Assembly: GCA_963663545.1 (NCBI GenBank)
Contig: OY760505.1
Coordinates: forward strand, 2,560,001 to 2,624,000
Reading direction: 5' to 3'
From: Candidatus Delongbacteria bacterium
GTDB lineage: Bacteria > CAIWAD01
Length of the DNA stretch: 64,000 bases
The translations under genes were made by a program, and so were the position numbers. Numbering within the stretch: the stretch's first letter is position 1; every line of letters starts with the position of its first letter. Under the pieces are notes generated by a model, which saw only the letters and a program-made list of their open reading frames with translations, did no database searches and had not been told where the DNA came from. Below are positions 27,715 through 37,500 of the stretch, piece after piece.

Positions 27715-28458
27715 ACGAGTAGCGAACCACAGCTTAGCACGAAAGAAGCCTTGCTGAATGCTGCCTGCCATGTGTTTGCGGAGCGTGGCTTTGTCGAGTC
27801 CAAGGTGGCCGACATTTGCCGCGAAGCGGGTACGAACATCGCCTCGGTCAACTACCATTTCGGCGGCAAAGAGCAGCTCTTTCTTGAGGCAATCCGCCAT
27901 GCTCACAAAGTAGCGCTGGCGCGATACCCCCTGGGTGGCGAGTTGCCAACGGACGCCGATCCCAAGGATCGCTTGTATGCTTTCATTTTTGCCGTTGTAT
28001 CACGCATTCTGGACGACGAGATTCCCGGGACCTTTCACCGCATGCTCGGTCACGAGTTCGCACGCGGTCACAGCTGTATGTACCAGATCGTGCAGGATAC
28101 GGTGAAGCAGGATCGTCGCATCATGCTTGCGGCTGTTGCGGATATTCTCGGACAGACACTCACGCCTGTGCAGGAACATCTCGTGACACATTTGGTGATT
28201 ACACCGCTGATTGGTCTGGCTATGCATCGTGTGCGTAATGCGCGTACTGGTCATGCAACACCGCATATGGGACGTCCCGAAGCCTTCGCCAAACTATATG
28301 CGCGCTACATTATTGGAGGCCTTGGGGCATTGGAAGATATCCTTCCCGAGATGACCTTCGATGAGCTTCCGGGCGATATGCGTATTCATATGATGGATCA
28401 CGAATGCTGCAAGAAGGCGCAAAAGAAATACATCAACCGGCTCCAGGATGAGGAATAG
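27715..28458 (+). CDS. TetR family regulator (CerR/DUF1956-like C-terminus); start apparently ACG
   Basis: TKEALLNAA..VFAERGF...VADICREAGTNIASVNYHFGGKEQLF; SD AGGAG 27702-27706 precedes in-frame ACG 27715 (the ORF track starts at TTG 27751). Confidence 0.85.
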   Translation, partial: TSSEPQLSTKEALLNAACHVFAERGFVESKVADICREAGTNIASVNYHFGGKEQLFLEAIRHAHKVALARYPLGGELPTDADPKDRLYAFIFAVVSRILDDEIPGTFHRMLGHEFARGHSCMYQIVQDTVKQDRRIMLAAVADILGQTLTPVQEHLVTHLVITPLIGLAMHRVRNARTGHATPHMGRPEAFAKLYARYIIGGLGALEDILPEMTFDELPGDMRIHMMDHECCKKAQKKYINRLQDEE

Positions 28459-29887
28459 CATGTATCACATGGTTTATCGGCGAACCCTGGCATCGGGTCT
28501 GGCCCTTCTGGCACTACTGCTGCTGCAGTCGTGCGGATGGATGCCGCCGAGCGAGGTGGAGAACACCCAGCTGAGTCTTCCGACCGAGTATCAGCTCTAC
28601 CAGGCTGGTGAGGATGTATCACGGCCCTGGTGGACTCAGTTCGGCTCAGCAGAACTGGACAGCCTGATCCAGCTCGCCATGAGCGACAATCTTACTCTGA
28701 TGCAGGCCTACGCCAGACTACAGCAGGCACAGGCAACAGCGCGGCAAGCGGGCGCATACCGCTACCCTGCATTGAATGCGAGCGCGGCGGCTTCCCAGAA
28801 GGAAGTGCGTACTGAGAACGGCACCGATCCCGTTACACAAATCACTAGTGAAACGTACGGCACGGGTCTGGCGGCGAGTTGGGAGCTGGATCTGTGGGGA
28901 AGAGTCAATGCAACAGCGCGATCGAGCGCGGCCAGCCTGGCAGCAGTAGAAGAGGATCTTGCCGCAGCACAACAGAGCATCGCGGCTGAAATCACCCTCA
29001 CCTGGCTTGAACTGATCGCGGCTGATGCGAATGTCAGCCTTCTACAGCAGCAGCTTGATGATCAAGAAGCCCGATTGGAGCTAAGCGAGCTTGGCTATCG
29101 CAAAGGCTACTACGATGCTGCGACGCTGCAACAACAACGCTTGAGTACTGCGGAGCGCAAGAGTGCCATTCCCGCTGAAGTATCACGGCGTGAAAATCTG
29201 CGCCAGCAACTGAATCTGCTGCTGGGGCGGCCACCGATGACAGAGCTGGTGCTTGCCACAACGGAATTGCCGTGTATCACAACGCTGCCTGAAATGGGAT
29301 TGCCTGCCGAGTTGCTCAGTCAGCGCCCGGATCTGCGTGCTACCGGACGTAGACTCTACGCGCTTGAGTGGTCGGTGAAGGCGGCTCGCGCTGCTCGTCT
29401 TCCGGCGATCAGCTTGTCGGCGTCACACAACTACCAGGCGGGTGAGATGGACTTGCTCTTCGATAACTGGACAACGAATCTTGCCAGCAATCTGGCGATG
29501 CCGGTTTTTGCCGGTGGTCGCCTGCAGGCGGGCGTTGATCTGGCGCAGGCTAAGCGTGACGAGAGCTTTGCGGCTTACAAGGCAGCCGTACTGTCTGCTG
29601 TGGCCGAGGTTGAAATTGGTATGCTGCGTGTGACACAACAGGAGACTACCGTTGAAGCCGTTGTATCACAGCTAAATGCAGCCCGGGGCGTGCTGCGCCA
29701 AACCGAGCAAGGCTATCTGAGCGGCGTGAATGATTATCAGAGCGTACTAAGCGCACGCAACACGGTCTTTGGACTGGAGCGCTCGCTGCTGACTTCCAAC
29801 TACACACTGCTGGCCTACCGTGTAGCCCTGTATCGGGCTCTGGGCGGAGACTGGATGAAAGACTATTCTGTGGGAGATGCACAATGA
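28448..29887 (+). CDS. RND efflux outer-membrane factor lipoprotein (NodT/TolC family)
   Basis: Lipobox LLQSC, WWTQFG..ELDSLI, SWELDLWGR, LPAELLSQRPDLR, LYRALGGDW. Confidence 0.93.
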   Translation: MRNSMYHMVYRRTLASGLALLALLLLQSCGWMPPSEVENTQLSLPTEYQLYQAGEDVSRPWWTQFGSAELDSLIQLAMSDNLTLMQAYARLQQAQATARQAGAYRYPALNASAAASQKEVRTENGTDPVTQITSETYGTGLAASWELDLWGRVNATARSSAASLAAVEEDLAAAQQSIAAEITLTWLELIAADANVSLLQQQLDDQEARLELSELGYRKGYYDAATLQQQRLSTAERKSAIPAEVSRRENLRQQLNLLLGRPPMTELVLATTELPCITTLPEMGLPAELLSQRPDLRATGRRLYALEWSVKAARAARLPAISLSASHNYQAGEMDLLFDNWTTNLASNLAMPVFAGGRLQAGVDLAQAKRDESFAAYKAAVLSAVAEVEIGMLRVTQQETTVEAVVSQLNAARGVLRQTEQGYLSGVNDYQSVLSARNTVFGLERSLLTSNYTLLAYRVALYRALGGDWMKDYSVGDAQ

Positions 29888-31098
29888 CACCAAGTCGTTC
29901 CAATGACCTCAGCCCGCGGGAGAAGCGTGCGCTGCGTATCACGAGTGTGCTCGTCGTTCTGCTGGCCATTGTGGTGGCAGTTGTGTTGATCAAGACCAAG
30001 CCCCAGTCCCGACGTGCGCGGGCGACTCAAGGCAGTCCGCTTGTGGATGTGGCCGAACTAGTTGCTGCGGATCACCAGGTTGAGTTTGAAGTAACCGGAA
30101 CCCTGGAGCCAGCTATAGAAGTCAATCTGCAGGCTCGTGTCGCTGGACAAGTGCTGCGTATCCACTCCTCATTTATCGAGGGCGGAAGGGTTCAGTCCGG
30201 TGATACACTCGTGTGGATTGATCCTACGGATTACGCGCTGGCGTTGGAGAACAGTCGCAACGCGGTTGAGACGGCACGCGTGAGCTTGCTGACTGAGGAG
30301 GGGCGCCAGGAAATTGCGCTTCGCGAGTACGAATTGATGGGCTTTGACACGCAGGAGCTCAGCGACACCGATCGCGATCTTGTGTTACGCCAACCGCAAT
30401 TACGTGCTGCCCAAGCTGCATTGCGTAGCGCTGAGGCGGCTCTGCGGCTGGCTGAGCTGAACCTGGAGCGCACGGCAGTGCTGGCTCCGGTGGATGGTCT
30501 GGTTACCGAGGCCGCTGTGGATTTGGGCGACATGGTGACTACGGCCACATCGCTGGGCCGCCTGGCGGGTAGCGATTCCTGGTGGCTACGTTGTGCCCTG
30601 CCGGTGGACGAAGTCCAGTGGATCGACTTTCCCGCAAGCGGCAAGCGTGGATCACAAGTCAGTGCAACCAGTATTGCCGGTGTCCCACTGTCGGGTCGCG
30701 TCAAGCAGCTTGAGGCTGAGTTGGAGTCCGGTGGGCGCATGGCGCGGCTGGTCATCGAGATCCCGAATCCGTTGAAGCAGGCCAGTGATGCGGGAAACCC
30801 GCTAATGCTGGGCGAGTACCTGGAAGCCGTGATACACGGTATCACCGTTCAGAACGTAGTGGCCGTCAACCGCGAGTACATGCACGATGGCAGCCAGATC
30901 TGGCTTGTGGGAAACGATGGGATGTTGTCCATCCAAAGCCCGGAACGGGTGTGGGCCGACGAGGAGCACGTTCTGCTACGTGGGCTGGATCTGGCAATGC
31001 ACGTTGTTACCTCAAGTCTGACCAGCGCTGTGGATGGCATGAGCGTTCGCGTGTCCGGTGATACACAGGCTCAATCCGGAAAGGATGGCGCCGAATGA
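29884..31098 (+). CDS. RND efflux periplasmic adaptor (MFP)
   Basis: N-terminal TM, V.GQV...GGRVQSGDTL..IDP.DY, LNLERT.V.APVDG. Confidence 0.92.
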   Translation: MTPSRSNDLSPREKRALRITSVLVVLLAIVVAVVLIKTKPQSRRARATQGSPLVDVAELVAADHQVEFEVTGTLEPAIEVNLQARVAGQVLRIHSSFIEGGRVQSGDTLVWIDPTDYALALENSRNAVETARVSLLTEEGRQEIALREYELMGFDTQELSDTDRDLVLRQPQLRAAQAALRSAEAALRLAELNLERTAVLAPVDGLVTEAAVDLGDMVTTATSLGRLAGSDSWWLRCALPVDEVQWIDFPASGKRGSQVSATSIAGVPLSGRVKQLEAELESGGRMARLVIEIPNPLKQASDAGNPLMLGEYLEAVIHGITVQNVVAVNREYMHDGSQIWLVGNDGMLSIQSPERVWADEEHVLLRGLDLAMHVVTSSLTSAVDGMSVRVSGDTQAQSGKDGAE

Positions 31099-34000
31099 GT
31101 ACTCACGACCCGCAGATTGAAACACGTGGACCCGTTGCTTGGATGGCGGGCAACAGCGTAGCCGCCAATCTCCTGATGGTGGTCGTGCTGGTGGGCGGAC
31201 TCTTCATGACCCGCACCATCAAGCAGGAAGTGTTTCCCGACATGTCCGCCGACATCGTCACCGTGAGCGTTGCCTATCCGGGTGCGAGCCCCGAAGAAGT
31301 GGAACAGGGCATTGTGCTGGCGGTGGAAGAAGCCGTTCAGGGCTTGGACGGCATCAAGGAGATCAGCAGCACGGCCTCCGAGGGCAATGCAACAATCTCC
31401 ATCGAGCTGCTCGAGGGCGAGGACCTGCAACAGCTGGTGGAGGACGTAAAGGGCGAGATTGACCAGATCACCACTTTGCCTGAAGATGCCGAAGAACCCG
31501 AGGTAGCCGAAGTATCACGTCGTCGCGAAGTGCTGTCCGCCATCGTCTACGGTGATGTGCCCGAGCGCACCTTGCACGATCTCGTGGAACACCTGCGCGA
31601 CGAGTTGTTGCAGGACGAGAACATCACACAGGTTGACCTTGGTGGCGTGCGTGCACTGGAAATCAGTGTTGAAGTATCACAGGAAAATCTGCAGCGCTAC
31701 GGTTTGACGCTGGCCGGTGTTGCCAGCCAGATCAAAACCTCTGCGCTTGATCTGCCAGGAGGTGGTGTCAAGACCAAGGGCGGGGAGATCCTGGTGCGTG
31801 TCACGGAGCGCCGTGACTGGGGAGACGAGTTCAGACAGCTGCCCCTCATCAGCCCATCCACGGGCGGTGAAGTTTTGTTGGGCGATATCGCCACCGTCAT
31901 CGACGGTTACAGTGATACAGACCTGTGGACCGAATACAACGGCAAGCGCGCCATGGAGCTGGAAGTCTATCGCATCGGTGATCAGACCCCGCTGGAAGTC
32001 GCCGGCGCCGTGTACGACAAGGTAGAGGAACTGCGTCCCAGCCTGCCCACGGGCGTCGGCATCGACATCATCAATGACCGCTCCGAGATGTACAAGCAGC
32101 GCATTGAGCTGCTGCTTAAAAACATGTCGCTGGGACTTGTTCTGGTGCTGCTGATTCTGGGCGTCTTTCTTGAGGCGCGCCTGGCCTTCTGGGTGATGAT
32201 GGGAATTCCCATCTCCTTCATGGGTGCGTTGTTGATGATGCCCATCATGGGCGTCAGCCTGAACATGATCACCCTCTTCGCCTTCATTATCTCGCTTGGT
32301 ATTGTCGTGGACGATGCCATCGTGATTGGCGAGGGCGTGTATTACTACCGACAGCAGGGCATGAAAGCACTGCCTGCGGCAATCAAAGGCGCGCGTGAAC
32401 TGGCCATGCCCGTGGTCTTCAGCGTGCTGACAAACGTTGTTGCCTTCTTGCCGCTCTTCTTCGTGCCGGGCATGATGGGGCGCGTCTTCAAAATGATCCC
32501 GGTAGTCGTCGTCAGCGCCTTCCTTGTATCACTGATGGAGTCGCTGTTCATTCTTCCCGCTCACCTTGGACACCAGAAACGCCGCGAGCTCTACGGTGTG
32601 TCCAAGAAGTTGCACGAGATGCAGCAGCGTTTCGGCGATCGGTTTACCAACTGGGTCAATACGCGTTACGGCCCCTTCCTGGACGGTGTGCTCAAGCGTC
32701 GCTATCTGGCCATTTCCATCGGCCTCGGCGTCCTGGTGCTCTCGCTGTCCTTTGCGGCTTCGGGTCGCATGGGCTTTAGCCTATTCCCGCAGGCCGAATC
32801 GGATTTTGCCATTGCCAACATTACGCTGCCCTACGGCACCTCCGTGGACCAGACGGCTGCTGCCGCTCACAGGCTGGTTCGTGCAGCTGAGAAGGTGCGT
32901 GATACAACGGGGCATCCTGAGCTAGTCGAGGGAATTCTGACGGACATTGGTCGTAGCGGTGCTCACACAGCCACAGTGCGTGTGATGCTGGCAGATCCAG
33001 ACATCCGCGACAACATCATGTCAACCGCCAACTATGTAGCCGCTTGGCGCAAGGAAGTCGGTGAGATCGCCGGTGTCGAAGAGCTGCGCATGCAGTCCGA
33101 CTTCGGCGGACCTGGAGCGGGTAAGGCGCTCACCGTGGAATTGTCACACAGACAGGTCAGCGTGCTGGAGAATGCCAGTGCCGACCTTGCGGAGGAGCTT
33201 CGCAACTTCCCCACCGTCAGCGACATCAGCGACGGTTTTCAGGCGGGCAAGCAGCAGCTCGACATCACACTGAAGCCCAGCGCGCGCAGTCTGGGACTCA
33301 ATGCGTCCGATGTAGCACGCCAGATCCGCGCAGCCTTCTATGGCAGTGAAGCTATGCGACAGCAGCGCGGCCGGAATGAAGTCAAGGTGATGGTGCGGCT
33401 TCCCGAGGAGGAGCGCAGCAGTGAGGAGAACATCCATGATTTGCTGCTCATGACGCCAGCCGGAGTGCAGGTGCCTTTGCGCGATGTCGTGGATATTCAT
33501 CGTGATCGTGCCTTCACCACAATCACACGACGTGATGGTCGCCGCGTGATACAAGTTACCGGTGATGTGACACCGCGCAGCAAGGCTGGTGAAGTCATTG
33601 CAGCACTCAACCAGAGTGAGCTGCCTGCGCTGGCGCAGCGTTACCCGGGACTGATCTATAGTTTCGAAGGACGGACAGCCGAGCAGCGGGACTCCATGTC
33701 CAGCCTGGGACGAGGCTTCCTCTTTGCATTGCTGGGTATCTTTGCCTTGCTGGCGATTCCCTTCCGCAGCTACATTCAGCCGCTTATCGTAATGACGGCT
33801 ATTCCTTTCGGCATCATTGGTGCCGTGGCCGGCCACCTGATCATGGGCTACAGTCTGTCGGTGATCTCGATGTTCGGCATCGTGGCCTTGTCGGGCGTGG
33901 TCGTCAACGATTCGTTGGTGCTCATCGATCTGGCCAATCGCAAGCGTCGCGACGAATCCATGTCCGTACACGATTCCATGCTGGCATCGGCCACGCAGCG

Positions 34001-34280
34001 TTTCAGGCCGATCATGCTGACGACGCTGACCACTTTCCTGGGACTGACGCCGATGATCCTGGAACGTGCTATGCAGGCGCGCTTCATGATCCCCATGGCG
34101 ATTTCGCTAGGTTTCGGCATCCTGTTCGCGACAGCGATCACACTACTGCTGGTGCCCTGTCTTTACATGGTTGCCGAAGACATGACCCGCAATTCGTATT
34201 ACACAAGAAACGGGCTGCGCAAACTGCGCGGGCGACCTTCACTTCCACCCCCACCGGGCGTGGAGGTCGTTGACGAATAA
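31095..34280 (+). CDS. RND efflux permease (AcrB/AcrD/AcrF family)
   Basis: YPGASPEEVE, GIVVDDAIV.GE, GVVVNDSLVL, RFRPIMLTTLTT, PMAISLGFG; 1061 aa with two large periplasmic loops. Confidence 0.95.
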   Translation: MSTHDPQIETRGPVAWMAGNSVAANLLMVVVLVGGLFMTRTIKQEVFPDMSADIVTVSVAYPGASPEEVEQGIVLAVEEAVQGLDGIKEISSTASEGNATISIELLEGEDLQQLVEDVKGEIDQITTLPEDAEEPEVAEVSRRREVLSAIVYGDVPERTLHDLVEHLRDELLQDENITQVDLGGVRALEISVEVSQENLQRYGLTLAGVASQIKTSALDLPGGGVKTKGGEILVRVTERRDWGDEFRQLPLISPSTGGEVLLGDIATVIDGYSDTDLWTEYNGKRAMELEVYRIGDQTPLEVAGAVYDKVEELRPSLPTGVGIDIINDRSEMYKQRIELLLKNMSLGLVLVLLILGVFLEARLAFWVMMGIPISFMGALLMMPIMGVSLNMITLFAFIISLGIVVDDAIVIGEGVYYYRQQGMKALPAAIKGARELAMPVVFSVLTNVVAFLPLFFVPGMMGRVFKMIPVVVVSAFLVSLMESLFILPAHLGHQKRRELYGVSKKLHEMQQRFGDRFTNWVNTRYGPFLDGVLKRRYLAISIGLGVLVLSLSFAASGRMGFSLFPQAESDFAIANITLPYGTSVDQTAAAAHRLVRAAEKVRDTTGHPELVEGILTDIGRSGAHTATVRVMLADPDIRDNIMSTANYVAAWRKEVGEIAGVEELRMQSDFGGPGAGKALTVELSHRQVSVLENASADLAEELRNFPTVSDISDGFQAGKQQLDITLKPSARSLGLNASDVARQIRAAFYGSEAMRQQRGRNEVKVMVRLPEEERSSEENIHDLLLMTPAGVQVPLRDVVDIHRDRAFTTITRRDGRRVIQVTGDVTPRSKAGEVIAALNQSELPALAQRYPGLIYSFEGRTAEQRDSMSSLGRGFLFALLGIFALLAIPFRSYIQPLIVMTAIPFGIIGAVAGHLIMGYSLSVISMFGIVALSGVVVNDSLVLIDLANRKRRDESMSVHDSMLASATQRFRPIMLTTLTTFLGLTPMILERAMQARFMIPMAISLGFGILFATAITLLLVPCLYMVAEDMTRNSYYTRNGLRKLRGRPSLPPPPGVEVVDE

Positions 34281-34283
34281 TCC

Positions 34284-34307
34284 AAGGGGGCTGCGTGCCC
34301 CCTTTTC
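34284..34307 (+). terminator. Rho-independent terminator
   Basis: AAGGGGGC-tgcgt-GCCCCCTT followed by TTC. Confidence 0.8.
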
Positions 34308-34432
34308 TATGCAGCCAACTCCAGCCGCATCCCGCCTTACTGTCGCGAAGCATGCTCGCTCGCAAAGCTGTGATTGCGCACTTGTAGAATTGTTAGCGCA
34401 GAGCGACGAAAAGACATGTTATATGTGTGTGG

Positions 34433-34449
34433 GGTGAAAATTATTCACA
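34433..34449. promoter_or_regulatory. Palindromic operator candidate GGTGAAAATTATTCACA
   Basis: 15/16 identical to 27505-27520; about 140 bp upstream of the giant surface-protein operon. Confidence 0.5.
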
Positions 34450-34586
34450 TGCAGTTTTATCTTTTTTTAACGTCTCTTTGCTGACTTCTTGTTGTCGCTT
34501 GTGCCAGGTCTCCGTACCCCGCGTGGGAATCCATACGGAGAACCTTTGTTGGGATGCCGTTCTGCAAATCTTCGCGAGGTTGGAAA

Positions 34587-37500
34587 ATGCAGCGTCTATG
34601 CTCTGTTTTGGCGCTTTGCCTGCTGCTGCCGTTGGCTGTGTGGGCGCGACTGGATGTGTCGGGAAACATCACTGAGAATACCCTCTGGTCACCCACTGAT
34701 TCGGTAGTGGTGATCAATGGCGTAGTCAACGTCAATGCCGGTGTGACACTCACTATCGAGCCGGGTACGGTGGTCAAGTTCTACAACACCGGTGCCCTGC
34801 TACAGGTGTATGGCGACTTGATCGCGCAAGGAGCACCCGGTGATACAATTGTATTCACTTCCTATCACGACGATTTGTACGGCGGTGATACAAATGCAAA
34901 TGGTGATGCAAGCCAGGCTGCGCCGGGCCAATGGACACAGATCGTGATACGCGATGGCGATGCGGTGGATTTGTCCTACTGCCTGATCCGCTATGCGGGA
35001 TACCGCTACAACATAGACGGTGGCTATCACAGCTGCGCGCTGCGTGCACGCTACAGAAGACTCAATCTTAGCAACAGCATCATTGAACAGACCTACTTCC
35101 ACAGTGGCAACTACTACGGAGCGCTCTACATCGATGATGGTGCCAGCCTGAGCATGGATCACTGCTCAATTGTGGACAACCAGTATCGCGGACTCTTCAC
35201 AGATGCAGTCGACTCGGTGCTGGTGCACCAGTGCGTGTTGCGCAACAATGGTGAACGCAACCAGACCAACGCGACCTACTGCGAGTTCGTGGATTCCTTT
35301 GTGGAAGACAATACTCGTGACAACGGCTACGGCGTTGTCTGCAGTGGCGCGACCCTTTACGCGGAGAACACGGTTTTCAGCGGCAATGGATACGGGCTGT
35401 ATCTGCAGGTGACGGATGTCGAGCTGAACCATTGTGTGATACGCTACTGTGCCACTCGTGGAATCGAGTTGCGTAGCCCTACCAACCTCGTGATGCACGA
35501 CTCCCGCATCGACTCCTGCGGTCCCGCCTCCTGGGCACTCAACATCAATGGCGGCACGCTGGAGTGGGAGAGTTTCGTTGACAATGAGATCGTTGACAAC
35601 GAGTGGTGGACCTTGCAGGTGCCACTGGCACAACTCAATCAGCTTATTAGCACCAACCTGATTACAGGGAACGGAAACAACAACGCACTGTATGTGACCG
35701 GTGATACATTTCCCACTGGCACTACGCGCCTGACCAACGCCTTCGCCTACTGCTTTGACGGCACCTTCACTGTGTCACAGGGTGATTCACTGATTCTTGA
35801 TCCCGGTGTGCTGATAAAATTCCACGACAACGGCGATGAAATCGACGTTTACGGTTTCATCGATGCAGTAGGTTCCGAAGCCGAACCCATTGTGCTGACG
35901 AGCTGGACAGATGATTCCTACGGCGGTGATTTTGATGGCACGCCGGGCACAGCGGGCGCTTTCGGCAATTGGCGTCGCATGTACATCGCCAATGTTCCTT
36001 CCGTGCGCCTGGAATACTGCGTGTTCCGTTTTGGCGGATACAGCAACCGCATTATGCTGCAACTCCACAACTCCAACCTTGTGATGCAGCACTGCCAGCT
36101 GGATTCAGCCTACTGCGGCGATTCCAACTACGGATCTCTCTACGCAAGTTCCAGCGTGCAAATGGATGTGGAAGACTGTGCATTCACCGGTAATCAGCAC
36201 ACGGCCATTCTAAACCTTGGCAGCTACTGCAACATGCGCCGCAATCGCTTTGTGAGCAACGGGCGCTTTGGAATTGATAATCGCGGAAGTTACGTGCTGG
36301 TAGACAGCTGCAGTTTTGAGTCCAACGCTTCTTACGGCTTTTACAACACTGGCAGCTACAATAATGTGACACGCAACACCTTCAGTGACAACGGCAACTA
36401 CGCCATCTATGCCACGGGTACCGATGTGGCCATCAACACCAATACGGTTGAGGACAACTACCGCGGAGTGGCGTGTTACACAACCGGTGACTATCGTCAG
36501 TTCCTGGGCAATAGCATCACCGGTAGCGAGGACTGGGGAATCGCGGTCAATGGCGAGAACCTGACCGACGCGTTTATCAGCAATTCGATAACCGACAATG
36601 GTTACAACAACGGCGTCTACATCAACGGTGGCCGTCTGTATGAGAGCCTCTTCCTGCCGGCAAGCCGTCCTTATGTAATCGACGACCGTCTTGGCATCGA
36701 CGGCGAGGCCACGCTTTCGCTCGAGCCTGGCACCGTACTCAAATTCCGCGACGGTGATGCGCGTCTTGATGTCTTTGGCACTTTGCTGGCGGAAGGCACG
36801 GCACAGGACAGCATCATCTTCACGTATTACACCGACGACGCATATGGTGTTGACGTGGATGGTACTCAGAATACAAGCGGAAGCCCCGGCAACTGGGAGC
36901 AAATCAGCTTCTACACAAGCACGGGAAGCTCGATGGATTACTGTCGTGTGCGCTACGCGGGTAATATTGCACCCTGCAGTGGCTGCGGCAGTGGCGGTTA
37001 CAACGCCATTAGTCTGATCAACTCTTCGTTGAATCTGGATCACAGCATCATTGAGCAGACCAGTACTACAAGCAGTTCCAGCTATCTGCGCGGAGCCATC
37101 TATACCAACAGCAACAGCGTGCTGGATATGCGCAACTCGCTGGTAGACGGTATCACGGGCTACGTGGGAATCCTCAACTACGCGACCGAGGCCATCTTCG
37201 AGAATGTGGAGATCTCGAATACAGCCTCTCACGGCATGCTCAACTATGGCAGTGAGACAAGCATGAATTTGCTGCACGCTCACAACAATGGTGCGGATGG
37301 CATCTACAGTAATGCTGCGGCCGTTGTCATTACAAACTGCCTCAGCGAGGACAATGGTGGCTGGGGTTTTGAGCTGCACAGTGCGGACGTTGTCTTCACC
37401 GACAATGTATCACGCACAAACACTTACGGCATCCATTCACAGGTAACCGGTGATGATCGCGTGCTGGAGCGCAATCAACTTCTTGACAACAGCAACTGGG

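Noticed and set aside
34433..34449. Rex or CRP site
   Set aside because: Half-site spacing is one base longer than either consensus; kept only as an unknown operator.
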